DNA from: Candidatus Hecatella orcuttiae
Lineage (GTDB): Archaea; Thermoproteota; Bathyarchaeia; Hecatellales; Hecatellaceae
Length of the DNA: 64,000 nucleotides
Direction of reading: 5' to 3'
Assembly (NCBI GenBank): GCA_002011035.2
Contig: MTLY02000001.1
Coordinates: 224,001 to 288,000 of the forward strand
Shown: piece by piece, positions 18,349 through 27,682 of the stretch
How the letters are laid out: every line of letters begins with the position of its first letter
Position numbering within the stretch: position 1 is the stretch's first letter
Translations under genes and position numbers: made by a program
The notes under the pieces: model-generated
Told to the model about the DNA's origin: nothing
Seen by the model: only the letters and a program-made list of their open reading frames with translations
Database searches by the model: none

Positions 18349-19636
18349 GCTTCACTCTTCCTCCTAACCTTGCCAGGTCCATGTAAAAATTCGGGTAGGA
18401 CTTACTTACGCATTCCGCTCCGTGGATTCGGGTTACTCCCTCCGCTCCCAAGGCTGCGACGGCGCAGGCCATGGCTATTCTGTGGTCTCCGTGGGAGTCC
18501 AGCTCCGCCCCCCTCAGCTTGCAGGGGCCCTCCACTTTCAGTCCGTCCTCTTGCTCTACTATCTTCGCCCCCATCTTGGCTAGCTCGGAGGCCGTGGTCC
18601 TCAGCCTGTCAGACTCTTTAATCCGCAGCCTCCTAGCGTTTTTTATGAAGGTTTCCCCCTCCGCGTAGCAGGCTAGGGCTGCACAGACGGGAACCAAGTC
18701 CGGGATATGCCTAGCGTCCACCTCCATCGCCTTCAATTCCCCGCCGGAAACCGTTACCTCCAAGCCTTCGCAAACTACCGCGGCGCCCATTTTTTTCAGC
18801 AGCGTCAATATTTCCCTGTCGGGGTGAGGGACCCCGCTTCCGTCTAAGTTTTCCACTTTGATCTCCGAGCCTGTTATGGCTGCGGCTGCGAGGAGAAAAG
18901 CAGCTGAGGAGAAATCCCCTGTAACTTGGTGGTCTTGAGGCCTGTAGCTTTGGCCGCCGGAAACCGTGAAGAGCTGATGGTTTTCTGAAACTCCAACCTT
19001 GACTCCGTGCCTCTCCAAGACGTGAAGCGTCAACTGAACGTAAGGCAGTGACTCCAAGCTTCCTAGGATGCGGATTTCCACTTCGCCTTCAGCCAAGGGG
19101 CTGGCGAAGAGGAGGCCGCTGACATACTGGGAGCTCACATCGCCGGGGATGGACGTCTTCCCCCCGGCTATTCCGCCGCCGTAGACCTTCACAGGCGGGT
19201 AGCCGCCTAGGCTTTCACACCGCACGCCCAGCTGCCGGAGGGCTTGGAGCAGAGGCTCTATGGGCCTTCTCAGCAGACCTTTTCTCCCCGTAAGAGTGGT
19301 GACACCCTCCGCCAAGGCGGCTAGGGGGATCATGAACCTCAGCGTAGCCGCGGATTCCCCGCATTCGATGGGCTGAGAAGGAGCCTTCCACCGGGCTAGG
19401 CCCTTGACGGTGATACTGTCTTCTCTCTGCTCCAAAACCGGGCCGAAGCTCCGGCAGGCGCTGACCGTGGCCAAGGTGTCATCGGAGATGAGGAGGTTTT
19501 TTATGAGGGATAGGCCCTCCCCCAGTGAGGCGGCTATGAGGGCCCGATGGGTGTAGCTTTTGGAGGGAGGCGCCTTCACCCGGCCGGAAAGTTTCTCGGT
19601 TCTGCCCACAGTGGCCACGACCATGCTGTCCGTCAC
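18341..19636 (-). CDS. aroA: EPSP synthase
   Basis: PPSKSYTHR, SSQYVSG, KESDR, DHRIAM. Confidence 0.96.
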   Translation of the reverse strand: MTDSMVVATVGRTEKLSGRVKAPPSKSYTHRALIAASLGEGLSLIKNLLISDDTLATVSACRSFGPVLEQREDSITVKGLARWKAPSQPIECGESAATLRFMIPLAALAEGVTTLTGRKGLLRRPIEPLLQALRQLGVRCESLGGYPPVKVYGGGIAGGKTSIPGDVSSQYVSGLLFASPLAEGEVEIRILGSLESLPYVQLTLHVLERHGVKVGVSENHQLFTVSGGQSYRPQDHQVTGDFSSAAFLLAAAAITGSEIKVENLDGSGVPHPDREILTLLKKMGAAVVCEGLEVTVSGGELKAMEVDARHIPDLVPVCAALACYAEGETFIKNARRLRIKESDRLRTTASELAKMGAKIVEQEDGLKVEGPCKLRGAELDSHGDHRIAMACAVAALGAEGVTRIHGAECVSKSYPNFYMDLARLGGRVKLG

Positions 19637-20502
19637 CTCAGCACACGGGCCCTAGCCTTGTTGGTTCTAGCCCTCAAGATTTCCCCCTCATGATTTCTCC
19701 ACGCCTCCACCACGCTTCCGCCCTCCCCCAGCCGGGTTACAGCGACGGTGGCCGGGCCTTTCCCGCTGAGCCCGGCTGCGATGGCGCCTGCCTTCAAAGC
19801 GTCCAGTGCAGGTTGAGGGTTGTATCCCAGCGCAGCTGAGTAGAGGAGGCCGTTGAGGGTTAGAGCCTTCCAGTAGTGGCCCTTGAAGGCTTCCTCGAAG
19901 GCCAACTCCACCAAGGGGGCTATCAGCTTCATTCGGTCGACATCCGCGCTGGGGGTGTAAACCTTTTGGGGTGGAAGGAGGATGAGGGCTTCGCAGTCTT
20001 CCACCGAGTCATGTCGGAGGAGCTTCCTCACAAAGTTGTCGGTTAGGACGATGCCTCCCAAGAAGGAGGCGCAGGCGTCGTCGTAGGCTCCGGTTATGGT
20101 GGTCTTCGCCTCAAAAGCCGCGTCCACAGCTAGGTTTAGGGCGGTGGAGTTGTCGAGAGTTTTTCCGAGGGCTGCGGAGGCGGCCAACACCAAGGCATTG
20201 GCTGCTGCGCTACTGCTTTTCAGCCCTCTGGCTACGGGAATGTCGGACCGGGTTTCCACTTCAGCGCCAAACCGGCCTTGAAGGCCAAAGTGCTTCAGCA
20301 CCTTTTGCACCGCCTTCTCCACCAAGAGGGTGCTTTCCCCCTCTTCCGGAACTATCCGGCCGCGGATGACACCCGCCTCCCCGGTCAGCCTAACCCGGGC
20401 GGTGGTTTGGAGGCTGAGGCTGAAGGCAGCGCCTTTCCCCGTAGCTATGGCGTTGACGATGGTGGCTGCACCGTAGGCCACAGCTTCTCCAAATCCTTCC
20501 AT
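19633..20502 (-). CDS. aroK: Archaeal (GHMP-type) shikimate kinase
   Basis: IVNAIATGKG, GLKSSSA, TGAYDDA, LSGKGP. Confidence 0.93.
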   Translation of the reverse strand: MEGFGEAVAYGAATIVNAIATGKGAAFSLSLQTTARVRLTGEAGVIRGRIVPEEGESTLLVEKAVQKVLKHFGLQGRFGAEVETRSDIPVARGLKSSSAAANALVLAASAALGKTLDNSTALNLAVDAAFEAKTTITGAYDDACASFLGGIVLTDNFVRKLLRHDSVEDCEALILLPPQKVYTPSADVDRMKLIAPLVELAFEEAFKGHYWKALTLNGLLYSAALGYNPQPALDALKAGAIAAGLSGKGPATVAVTRLGEGGSVVEAWRNHEGEILRARTNKARARVLR

Positions 20503-21360
20503 TCACTTTTCCCCCAAAGCCTTCAGGGCTGCGTTGAACATGACATCTAGGGGAGCCTTCTTCCCAGTCCATATTTCAAAGGACCTCGCAGCCTGATGGA
20601 CCAGCATACCCAAGCCGTTGACTGTCTTAGCTCCGGCGGCATCCGCCTCCCTGAGCAGCCTTGTCTTCAGCGGATTGTAGACGATGTCGAACACCGTCAA
20701 ACCGGAATGGAGGAGGCGGCTGGGAATCGGCGACGCATCCTCATGAGGATGCATCCCCACCGAGGTGGTGTTGACCAAGAGTTCAGCGTCTCTGAGCTCT
20801 TCCCCCAGCCTTTCGCTGTTCAACCTGATCCCTTTCACCCTGACGCTGTGATGACGGGATAGCTCCTCAGCCAGCTTCACCGCCTTAGCCTCCGTCCGGT
20901 TGGCGACTACAAGCTCACCGGAGGTTTTGGCGAGGGTGAAGCCTAAGGCTCTGGCCGCGCCTCCCGCCCCGAGGAGGACGACTTTCAGGCCCTTCACTTC
21001 AACACCGGCCTCCCGCAGAGCGGAGATGGCGCCTTCTCCGTCGGTGTTGTAGCCTACTGTTTTTCCTCCCATTATTTTCACGGTGTTGACGGCGCCTATG
21101 CTTCTGGCCTCAGGCTCCACCTCGTCCAGCAGAGGGATGACGGCGGTTTTGTGGGGGATGGTCACATTGAAGCCTTGAACTCCCAAGCTTCTCAAGCCAG
21201 CGAGGGCGGATGGGAGGCCGTCGGAGGCCACGTTGAAGGCTAGGTAGACGCAGTTGAGGCCTAGGCTTTCAAAGGCAGCGTTGTGGATGGTGGGGCTGAG
21301 GGAATGCTCCACCGGGCTGCCTATGAGGGCGTAGACCCTGGTGGCACTGTCAACCTTCAT
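20503..21360 (-). CDS. aroE: Shikimate dehydrogenase
   Basis: HSLSP, NVTIPHK, GAVNT, NTDG, GAGGAA. Confidence 0.95.
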   Translation of the reverse strand: MKVDSATRVYALIGSPVEHSLSPTIHNAAFESLGLNCVYLAFNVASDGLPSALAGLRSLGVQGFNVTIPHKTAVIPLLDEVEPEARSIGAVNTVKIMGGKTVGYNTDGEGAISALREAGVEVKGLKVVLLGAGGAARALGFTLAKTSGELVVANRTEAKAVKLAEELSRHHSVRVKGIRLNSERLGEELRDAELLVNTTSVGMHPHEDASPIPSRLLHSGLTVFDIVYNPLKTRLLREADAAGAKTVNGLGMLVHQAARSFEIWTGKKAPLDVMFNAALKALGEK

Positions 21361-22039
21361 CCAGCATCATCAGCCTGTAGACTTCCCGGGTTTCTCGGAT
21401 GGTCAGCTGGCCGGGGGCGGACTCTTTTCCCCTTCTCACCGAGGCGTAGGTGAAGAAGCCTCCGAAAAGGGGGGAAAGCACCCTGGAAAAAACTCCTCGA
21501 GGACCCATGCAGAAGGCGACGGTGGGAGTTTGCTTGGAGGCTTGGGCTAGGAACTCTAGACAGGTCAGGTTATCCTCCGGCCTTTGGGCGGTGGTTACTA
21601 TCTTGCACACCTCAGAGCCTTTTTTCAGCCCCTTTCGAAGGAGCGTGTGCAGGCGGCGGAGAGGCGGCGTGCCTGCGAAGTCGTGGAAGGAAACGATGGG
21701 CTTAGAGCCTTCAGCCTTCACTTTCTCCACCATCTCTTCCACATTTCCCGCGGACAGTTCCACATCCACATATTCGAAGCCGGCTTCAGCGGCATCCAAG
21801 AGGAGGCTGAGTCTTTTTTCCTCAGGTCCGTCGAACAGGCCTTTCTCCCTCAGAGGGCGGTTGGTGGCAATGAGCGGGAGGGAGGTCAGCTTTCGAACGG
21901 CGAAGGCGGGCACTGGCTTCTCTTGGTAGTCGATTCGAACCTCTATCAAGTCGGCCTCAGCCTTTTCCGCTTCCCGAACCATGCCCTGCAGTTCTCGGAG
22001 GCTTCTCCCCGGGGCGACGGCGCATATTCTAAGATTCAC
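21350..22039 (-). CDS. aroD: Type I 3-dehydroquinate dehydratase
   Basis: EVRID, SFHDF, KIV, FCMG..G..SR, SAPGQ. Confidence 0.93.
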   Translation of the reverse strand: MNLRICAVAPGRSLRELQGMVREAEKAEADLIEVRIDYQEKPVPAFAVRKLTSLPLIATNRPLREKGLFDGPEEKRLSLLLDAAEAGFEYVDVELSAGNVEEMVEKVKAEGSKPIVSFHDFAGTPPLRRLHTLLRKGLKKGSEVCKIVTTAQRPEDNLTCLEFLAQASKQTPTVAFCMGPRGVFSRVLSPLFGGFFTYASVRRGKESAPGQLTIRETREVYRLMMLDEG

Positions 22040-23121
22040 AGTTCTATCACGGTTTCTTCCTTGAGAAGAATTCCGAAATGACGCCCTCCCGGCTGGTGGT
22101 GGATTAGGACTTCGTCCCCTGGTTTCAAGTCCCTGACCGACTTGGATCCTTCCTTGGTTACAAGCCTAATGGTCTCTGCGTTCTGGACGATGGTCTTAAC
22201 CCTGCGGCCTTCCACCTCCGCCTCCACCAAGAGCATGGGCCTCTTCTCTATCTTAACCCTGCCCACGAAGGCGGCTCGCAGGTTTCCACCCCTGTCTACG
22301 ACGGCTACTTCTTCCCCTGCCTTCAACTCGGAGAGATACTTGGTCTTACCCTCCGGGGTCAGAGTGTAGAGGGACACCGGCCCCGCGTTCACCCTGAAAG
22401 GCCTAGGCTCCACGTGGGGGTTTTCCTGCACCTCCGCTTGCACGAGGAAAAGCCCTGAAGACTGGCAGCCTACGAGTATTCCTTCCCCGTGGGTCATGAG
22501 GTCGCAGGTGTCTATGCAAACCCTAGCGCCTAAGCCCAGCTCTTTGCACCCCACAACCTTGGCTGGAACTAACCGAAGCTTCGAAGGCTCCTCCCTCCCG
22601 GCTTTCACCTTCTCTAGGGCGGAGGCAACCTCGACGATTTCACCGGGCTCTTTGGCTTTTAGGACTACTCCATCTACGCCCAGTTCAAGGGTTTCCAAGG
22701 CCAGTTTAGCCTCCCGCCCGGAGGAAACCTCAGCCAGAAGCTTGCTTCTCCCCTGGATTTTTGCGATGAGGTTCTCCAAGGGTATGACCTTCCAATCCGG
22801 ACAGCTGGCGATGATGCAGTCTACTCCCAAGGAGGCGGCTTCTACAATTTTGTCCTCGTCAGCTCTCCCTCGAACGTTCATCTTCACGCAGATACCTTTG
22901 CCCTTCTCTTTCGCCTTTTTCACCTCAGCCTCCGAAAGCTTTCCCAAAAGCTGAATTTCACCGCCCTCGCTGGACACGGTTTTCAAGCCTAAGGACTCAG
23001 CCAGCGATGTCAGCTTCCCCTCAACTAGTGCGGTGGTGCAGAGGCCTTGAGCAGCCGCCAAGAGGCTGCGCTTGGTCTCCTCAGGCAGGGAGGGATCTAT
23101 TTCTATCCAGAATTCTTTCAT
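22036..23121 (-). CDS. aroB': 3-dehydroquinate synthase II (archaeal DKFP route)
   Basis: WKVIPLENLIA, RVCIDTC, RPFRVNAG, QNAETIRL, GRHFG. Confidence 0.93.
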   Translation of the reverse strand: MKEFWIEIDPSLPEETKRSLLAAAQGLCTTALVEGKLTSLAESLGLKTVSSEGGEIQLLGKLSEAEVKKAKEKGKGICVKMNVRGRADEDKIVEAASLGVDCIIASCPDWKVIPLENLIAKIQGRSKLLAEVSSGREAKLALETLELGVDGVVLKAKEPGEIVEVASALEKVKAGREEPSKLRLVPAKVVGCKELGLGARVCIDTCDLMTHGEGILVGCQSSGLFLVQAEVQENPHVEPRPFRVNAGPVSLYTLTPEGKTKYLSELKAGEEVAVVDRGGNLRAAFVGRVKIEKRPMLLVEAEVEGRRVKTIVQNAETIRLVTKEGSKSVRDLKPGDEVLIHHQPGGRHFGILLKEETVIEL

Positions 23122-23909
23122 CCTTTTCCCCTGAGGATCTTTAATGCCTCATCCACTTCAGCCTTTTGGTGGATGAGGGCGTGGAGGGCTTTCACCATGG
23201 CTGTGGGGTTTTCATGCTGAAAGACGTTTCTTCCGATGGAAACCCCCGCGCCGCCCACTTGGAGGGAGTCGTAGACCATCCTCAGCACTTCCTCGTCGGT
23301 TTTCGCCTTCGGACCCCCAGCTACGATGACAGGGACGGGGCATCCTCGCACCACTTCCCGGAAGGTTTCAGGGCTTCCGGTGTAGTTGGTTTTGACGATG
23401 TCCGCCCCCAACTCGGCTCCAAGCCTAGCCGCATGCTTGACCGCTTCAGGGTCATGTTCACTCTTAACCTTGGCTCCCCGCGGATACATCATAGCCAAGA
23501 GGGGGAGACCGTAGAAGTCACACTCGTCAGCCACACTGCCTAGGTCGCTGAGCATGGCAGACTCTTGCTCAGCGCCCACGTTGACATGGACGGAGACCCC
23601 GTCAGCCCCCAGCCTCACCGCTTCTTCCACGCTGCAAACCTGCACCTTCTCTAACGGGTCTGGGCCTAGGGCGGTGCTTCCTGAGAGGTGGATGAGGAGG
23701 GCCATGTTCCCTGTATCCGTGCGGCTGGCGACTCCTTTGTGGACGATGACCCCGTCTGCGTTTCCCAGCCTGATCTTGTTGAATATCTCCTGCATGTTCA
23801 CCAGCCCTCGAACAGGGCCGAGGGTGACCCCGTGGTCCATGGGGACCAACAGGGACTTTCCATCCTCTTTGAAGATTCTCTGCATTCTCCTCTTTTTTCC
23901 AGGACCCAT
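23118..23909 (-). CDS. aroA': 2-amino-3,7-dideoxy-D-threo-hept-6-ulosonate (ADH) synthase, class I aldolase family
   Basis: [26 protein letters not shown]; adjacent to DHQ synthase II. Confidence 0.9.
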   Translation of the reverse strand: MGPGKKRRMQRIFKEDGKSLLVPMDHGVTLGPVRGLVNMQEIFNKIRLGNADGVIVHKGVASRTDTGNMALLIHLSGSTALGPDPLEKVQVCSVEEAVRLGADGVSVHVNVGAEQESAMLSDLGSVADECDFYGLPLLAMMYPRGAKVKSEHDPEAVKHAARLGAELGADIVKTNYTGSPETFREVVRGCPVPVIVAGGPKAKTDEEVLRMVYDSLQVGGAGVSIGRNVFQHENPTAMVKALHALIHQKAEVDEALKILRGKG

Positions 23910-23920
23910 GATTTCTCCCT

Positions 23921-24964
23921 TCAAATTATCCCTTTAGCCTTGAGGAGCTCGGCGTTGAGGATTGAGCATCCCGCAGCTCCCCTCACTGTATTGTGTCCTA
24001 GGACTAAATATTTAACTCCCCCCAAGGCAGCGTCCCTCCTAACCCTGCCCACCACCACAGACATGCCTCGGTTCTCCCACCGGTCAAGCCTCGGCTGAGG
24101 CCGATCCATCTCAGCCCGGACGACGATGGGCGGCTTGGGGGCGGTAGGCAGACCTAGCCTCTGAGGTTCACCCTCAAACTTGGCCAAGACCTCGGCCACC
24201 TCAGCCGGCTCAGCCTCGGCCTCTGTTTCCGCGAAGACGGCTTCCAGATGCCCATCGAGGGTGGGAACCCGGTTGCAGCTGGCTGAAATCCTGAACTCCG
24301 CAGGCTTCTCCGGGGAGCCTAAGATTTTCAGGGATTCCTTTTCGACCTTCTCCTCCTCCCGGCTGATGTAGGGGATGACATTGTCCACAATGTCCAAGGA
24401 AGGGACACCCGGGTATCCAGCCCCTGAGAGAGCTTGCATCGTAACCAGGAAGAGACGTTTCAACCCGAAAGCGTCGAGGATGGGCTTCACGGAGAGAGTT
24501 AGGATGGCGGTGGTGCAGTTGGGGTTGGTGATGATGGCCCCCTCCCATTTTCTCCGCCTCCGCTGTTCCTCCACCAAATAGGCGTGGTCCGCGTTGACCT
24601 CAGGGTTGAGAATGGGCACATCCGGGTCCATGCGGTGGGAGCTGGCGTTGCTGAAGACGGTGAAGCCGGCTCTGGCAAAGTCCTCTTCCACCTTATGCGC
24701 CACCTCCGCGGGGAGAGCTGAGAACACCAAGTCCACGTCGCCCAAAGCTTTGGGCTCAGCAGGCCTCACCTCCATGTCCGCCACCTGCGAAAATGTCTCT
24801 CCCTCCAGCTTCCACTTCACTGTTTCAGCGAAGGTTCTGCCCGTTGAGCGTTCTGAGGCGGCTAAGGCTTGGAGTTCAAACCAAGGATGGCCCTTCAGGA
24901 ATTGAATGAACCTCCCGCCCACCATGCCTGTGGCTCCGAGGACTCCTACTTTGACCTTAACCAT
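23921..24964 (-). CDS. asd: Aspartate-semialdehyde dehydrogenase
   Basis: GATGMVG, NPNCTT, QALSGAG, RVPTLDGH, HNTVRGAA. Confidence 0.95.
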   Translation of the reverse strand: MVKVKVGVLGATGMVGGRFIQFLKGHPWFELQALAASERSTGRTFAETVKWKLEGETFSQVADMEVRPAEPKALGDVDLVFSALPAEVAHKVEEDFARAGFTVFSNASSHRMDPDVPILNPEVNADHAYLVEEQRRRRKWEGAIITNPNCTTAILTLSVKPILDAFGLKRLFLVTMQALSGAGYPGVPSLDIVDNVIPYISREEEKVEKESLKILGSPEKPAEFRISASCNRVPTLDGHLEAVFAETEAEAEPAEVAEVLAKFEGEPQRLGLPTAPKPPIVVRAEMDRPQPRLDRWENRGMSVVVGRVRRDAALGGVKYLVLGHNTVRGAAGCSILNAELLKAKGII

Positions 24965-26204
24965 GGGAAACACCTGCCTTGGGAGGGGCTAGCTTCTCCA
25001 CGTTTTCCTTTATCAGCGTTAAAGCCTTTTCTCTATCTTTCCAGCCTAGGAAGACCCTGACAGAGGAACTGATGGTCATGACCCCCAAGAGGTTAATGCC
25101 TTCGCGGGCCAGCGGCGCCACCACAGCGTTCACGATGCCGGGAGCCTTCTCCAACTCAGGGCCTGAAACGGTGATGAGGGCTATGGGGTCGAGGCTGTGG
25201 ACGGCCTTGGCTATCCTCCGGTTTTTTATCAGCTCATGCAGCCTCTGGAGGAGGTTGGAGGGATTCTCCACGTAGAGGAGAAGGGAGGGTGAAGCCAAAG
25301 TTAAGCCTAGAATCTTGGCGGAGGTGCTGGCGGCCTCGGAGAAGATCATCAAAAGCGTCTCAGGGGAGGAAACTTCCCACCCCACCAAGGATACCATGGA
25401 GAGAGGCTGATGGTGAAGGGCGACGGAAAGCCTTGTCTCCATAACCCCCTTGATGACGGTTCCCTTTGCGAGGTCTTCCTCCTCGAATCCCACCACCCTT
25501 AGGGTCAGGAAGTCTGTCTTGTATTTGAGGGATTTCGGGTGAAGAACCTTCGCGCCGGCGGTGCCCAAGGTGAACATTTCCTCCACGTCTAAGCTTTCGA
25601 TCATGGCGGGAGCCGTGACTTTCTTAGGGTCAGCCGACAGAACGCCTTGAACATCCTTGACGAAGACCACCTCATCGGAGCCGACGCAGCGACCTAGGAC
25701 CACGGCGGTGATGTCGCTTCCTCCCCGCCCCAGGGTTGTAACCTTCCCTTGAGGAGACAAACCTATGAAGCCGGGGACAACGACCACGTAGCCTTCCTCC
25801 AGCAGAGGTTTCACCTTCTCCAACACCGCCCGCTGAGTCTTCTCCAAATTCACCTCCGCCTGGCCGAATTCCGAGTCGGTGTAGATAGGCCACTGAGAGG
25901 ATGAGGGATCCAACCCCACAGCCTTCACCCCCTGAGATTTGATGGCGGTGGTCATGATGCGGGCGGCTGTCCTTTCACCCATGGAAAGAACCTCATCCAA
26001 ATCCTCTTTGGAGAGCCCGTTGGGGCTGGATTGGAGAGCGGTTTGGAGGAGACCGTCGGTGACGCCTGTGAGGGCTGAAACCACAACGAGAATTTTCTTT
26101 CCTTTTCTGGCCTCCGCAGCCACCTTTCCCGCTGCTTGAGCTATGTTTTCCGGAGTTGAAAGGCAAGAGCCTCCGAACTTAACCACAAGAGTTTTCACTG
26201 GCAT
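24957..26204 (-). CDS. lysC: Aspartate kinase (paralogue heading the aro operon)
   Basis: VKFGGS, VVVSA, SMGER, TTLGRGGSD, C-terminal ACT-like domains. Confidence 0.9.
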   Translation of the reverse strand: MPVKTLVVKFGGSCLSTPENIAQAAGKVAAEARKGKKILVVVSALTGVTDGLLQTALQSSPNGLSKEDLDEVLSMGERTAARIMTTAIKSQGVKAVGLDPSSSQWPIYTDSEFGQAEVNLEKTQRAVLEKVKPLLEEGYVVVVPGFIGLSPQGKVTTLGRGGSDITAVVLGRCVGSDEVVFVKDVQGVLSADPKKVTAPAMIESLDVEEMFTLGTAGAKVLHPKSLKYKTDFLTLRVVGFEEEDLAKGTVIKGVMETRLSVALHHQPLSMVSLVGWEVSSPETLLMIFSEAASTSAKILGLTLASPSLLLYVENPSNLLQRLHELIKNRRIAKAVHSLDPIALITVSGPELEKAPGIVNAVVAPLAREGINLLGVMTISSSVRVFLGWKDREKALTLIKENVEKLAPPKAGVSHG

Positions 26205-26269
26205 GGATGATACCTCCGAAAACTTTCACGGAAATAGTTTTGACGGATGGAGAGAATGGAGGGAAACGC

Positions 26270-26356
26270 CTAACAGCTACCCGAGTATTCATGCTTTGGC
26301 GAGGTTCGGGGATAAACACAAAGCCCCCTGAAAACGTGAACCCCCCTGGAATGCAC
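26270..26356 (-). CDS. Putative aro-operon leader peptide (28 aa, MHSRGVHVFRGLCVYPRTSPKHEYSGSC)
   Basis: Strong SD GGGGAGGT (26371-26364) 7 nt before GTG, just downstream of the predicted TSS; contains Phe, Tyr and Tyr codons. Confidence 0.5.
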   Translation of the reverse strand: MHSRGVHVFRGLCVYPRTSPKHEYSGSC

Positions 26357-26399
26357 CCGGTTAACCTCCCCAGTATTGCATAATAGGATTTACCATCTC

Positions 26400-26408
26400 T
26401 ATATAAAG
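26400..26408 (-). promoter_or_regulatory. TATA box of the lysC-asd-aro operon
   Basis: CTTTATATA on the minus strand; implies a TSS near 26377 and a leader of about 170 nt. Confidence 0.65.
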
Positions 26409-26461
26409 ATTATCAAAAAAGAAAGAGGAAAGAGGTTCCTCGTTAATCTCCTTTTTCCGTT

Positions 26462-27025
26462 TTAGATTTTGCCGACCAAGTCTAAGCCAGGTTTGAGGGT
26501 TTCCTTTCCCGGCTTCCAACTCGCCGGGCAGACTTCTCCCTTGTGTTCCCTCACGTGGATAGCTGCTTGGAGTTTTCGCAGAAGCTCCTCGGCGCTTCGG
26601 CCGATGCTGTTATCGTGGATCTCCAAGGCTCTCAAAACTCCGTCGGGGTCGATGATGAAACTTCCTCGCAGGGAAAGTCCCTCCTCTTCGATGTAGGTAC
26701 CGAATTCTCTGCAGAGTCTTCCCGCGGGATCAGCCAGCATGGGGAACTTGATTTTCTGGATGGCGGGGGAGTGGTCATGCCAGGCTTTGTGGACGAACAC
26801 CGTGTCGGTGCTTACACTCAGCACTTCTGCTCCCGCTTTTTTGAATTCCTCGTAGTTCTCAGCCAGCTCTTCCAGCTCGGTGGGACAGATGAACGTGAAA
26901 TCCGCTGGATAGAACACCAGAACCAGCCATTTACCTCTGTAGTCAGAAAGCTTGATGGTCTTGGTTTCCTCGTTGTGGAAGGCTTCCGCCTCTAGGTCTG
27001 GAATTTGTTCACCGATTCTCACCAC
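26462..27025 (-). CDS. ahpC: 2-Cys peroxiredoxin, AhpC type
   Basis: FYPADFTFICPTE and GEVCPASW; GGTGA SD. Confidence 0.93.
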   Translation of the reverse strand: MVRIGEQIPDLEAEAFHNEETKTIKLSDYRGKWLVLVFYPADFTFICPTELEELAENYEEFKKAGAEVLSVSTDTVFVHKAWHDHSPAIQKIKFPMLADPAGRLCREFGTYIEEEGLSLRGSFIIDPDGVLRALEIHDNSIGRSAEELLRKLQAAIHVREHKGEVCPASWKPGKETLKPGLDLVGKI

Positions 27026-27091
27026 GGTTTTATCACCTGTTAAATTTATATTATAAACTTCACCATATTTTATATATTTTTACTACCCATC

Positions 27092-27682
27092 CTAGGAATC
27101 CGGAAAGTAGTGGTTCGGTGTTTCCAGAAAATTTTGGATAAGCCGCTTACCATGAGCGGTTAAGATGCTTTCAGGGTGAAATTGAATTCCCTCCACCGGC
27201 CGGCTTTTATGCCGGACCCCCATGATGGTTCCGTCCTCCGCCTTGGCGGAAACCTCCAGACAGGAAGGCAGGCAAGTGGGCACAGCGGCTAGGGAATGGT
27301 AGCGAGTAGCCGGGAAAGGATTAGGCAGCCCGTGGAACACACCTTTTCCGTCGTGGTAGACTTGGGAGGTTTTCCCGTGCAGCGGCCCGGACTCGGCTCT
27401 GTCCACTTTCCCCCCGAAGGCTTCCACGATGGCTTGGTGGCCTAGGCATACGCCGAGGATGGGGATGGAGGCGAGTTTCCTTATCACAGCCATGGTGTTG
27501 CCTGTGCTCTTCCGGGGATGCCCGGGGCCGGGGGATATTATGATTCTCTGAGGCCTCATTTCAGCTGCCTCCTGCGCGGTCAGGATGTTATCCGCTACTA
27601 CCACCTTGCAGCCTTGGCTGGCCACGTAGTCGACGAGAATGTAGACGAAGGAGTCCCGGTTGTTGATGAAGAGAACCTTCAC
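27092..27682 (-). CDS. trpG: Anthranilate synthase component II
   Basis: ISPGPG, LGVCLGHQ, RYHSL, QFHPES. Confidence 0.93.
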   Translation of the reverse strand: MKVLFINNRDSFVYILVDYVASQGCKVVVADNILTAQEAAEMRPQRIIISPGPGHPRKSTGNTMAVIRKLASIPILGVCLGHQAIVEAFGGKVDRAESGPLHGKTSQVYHDGKGVFHGLPNPFPATRYHSLAAVPTCLPSCLEVSAKAEDGTIMGVRHKSRPVEGIQFHPESILTAHGKRLIQNFLETPNHYFPDS

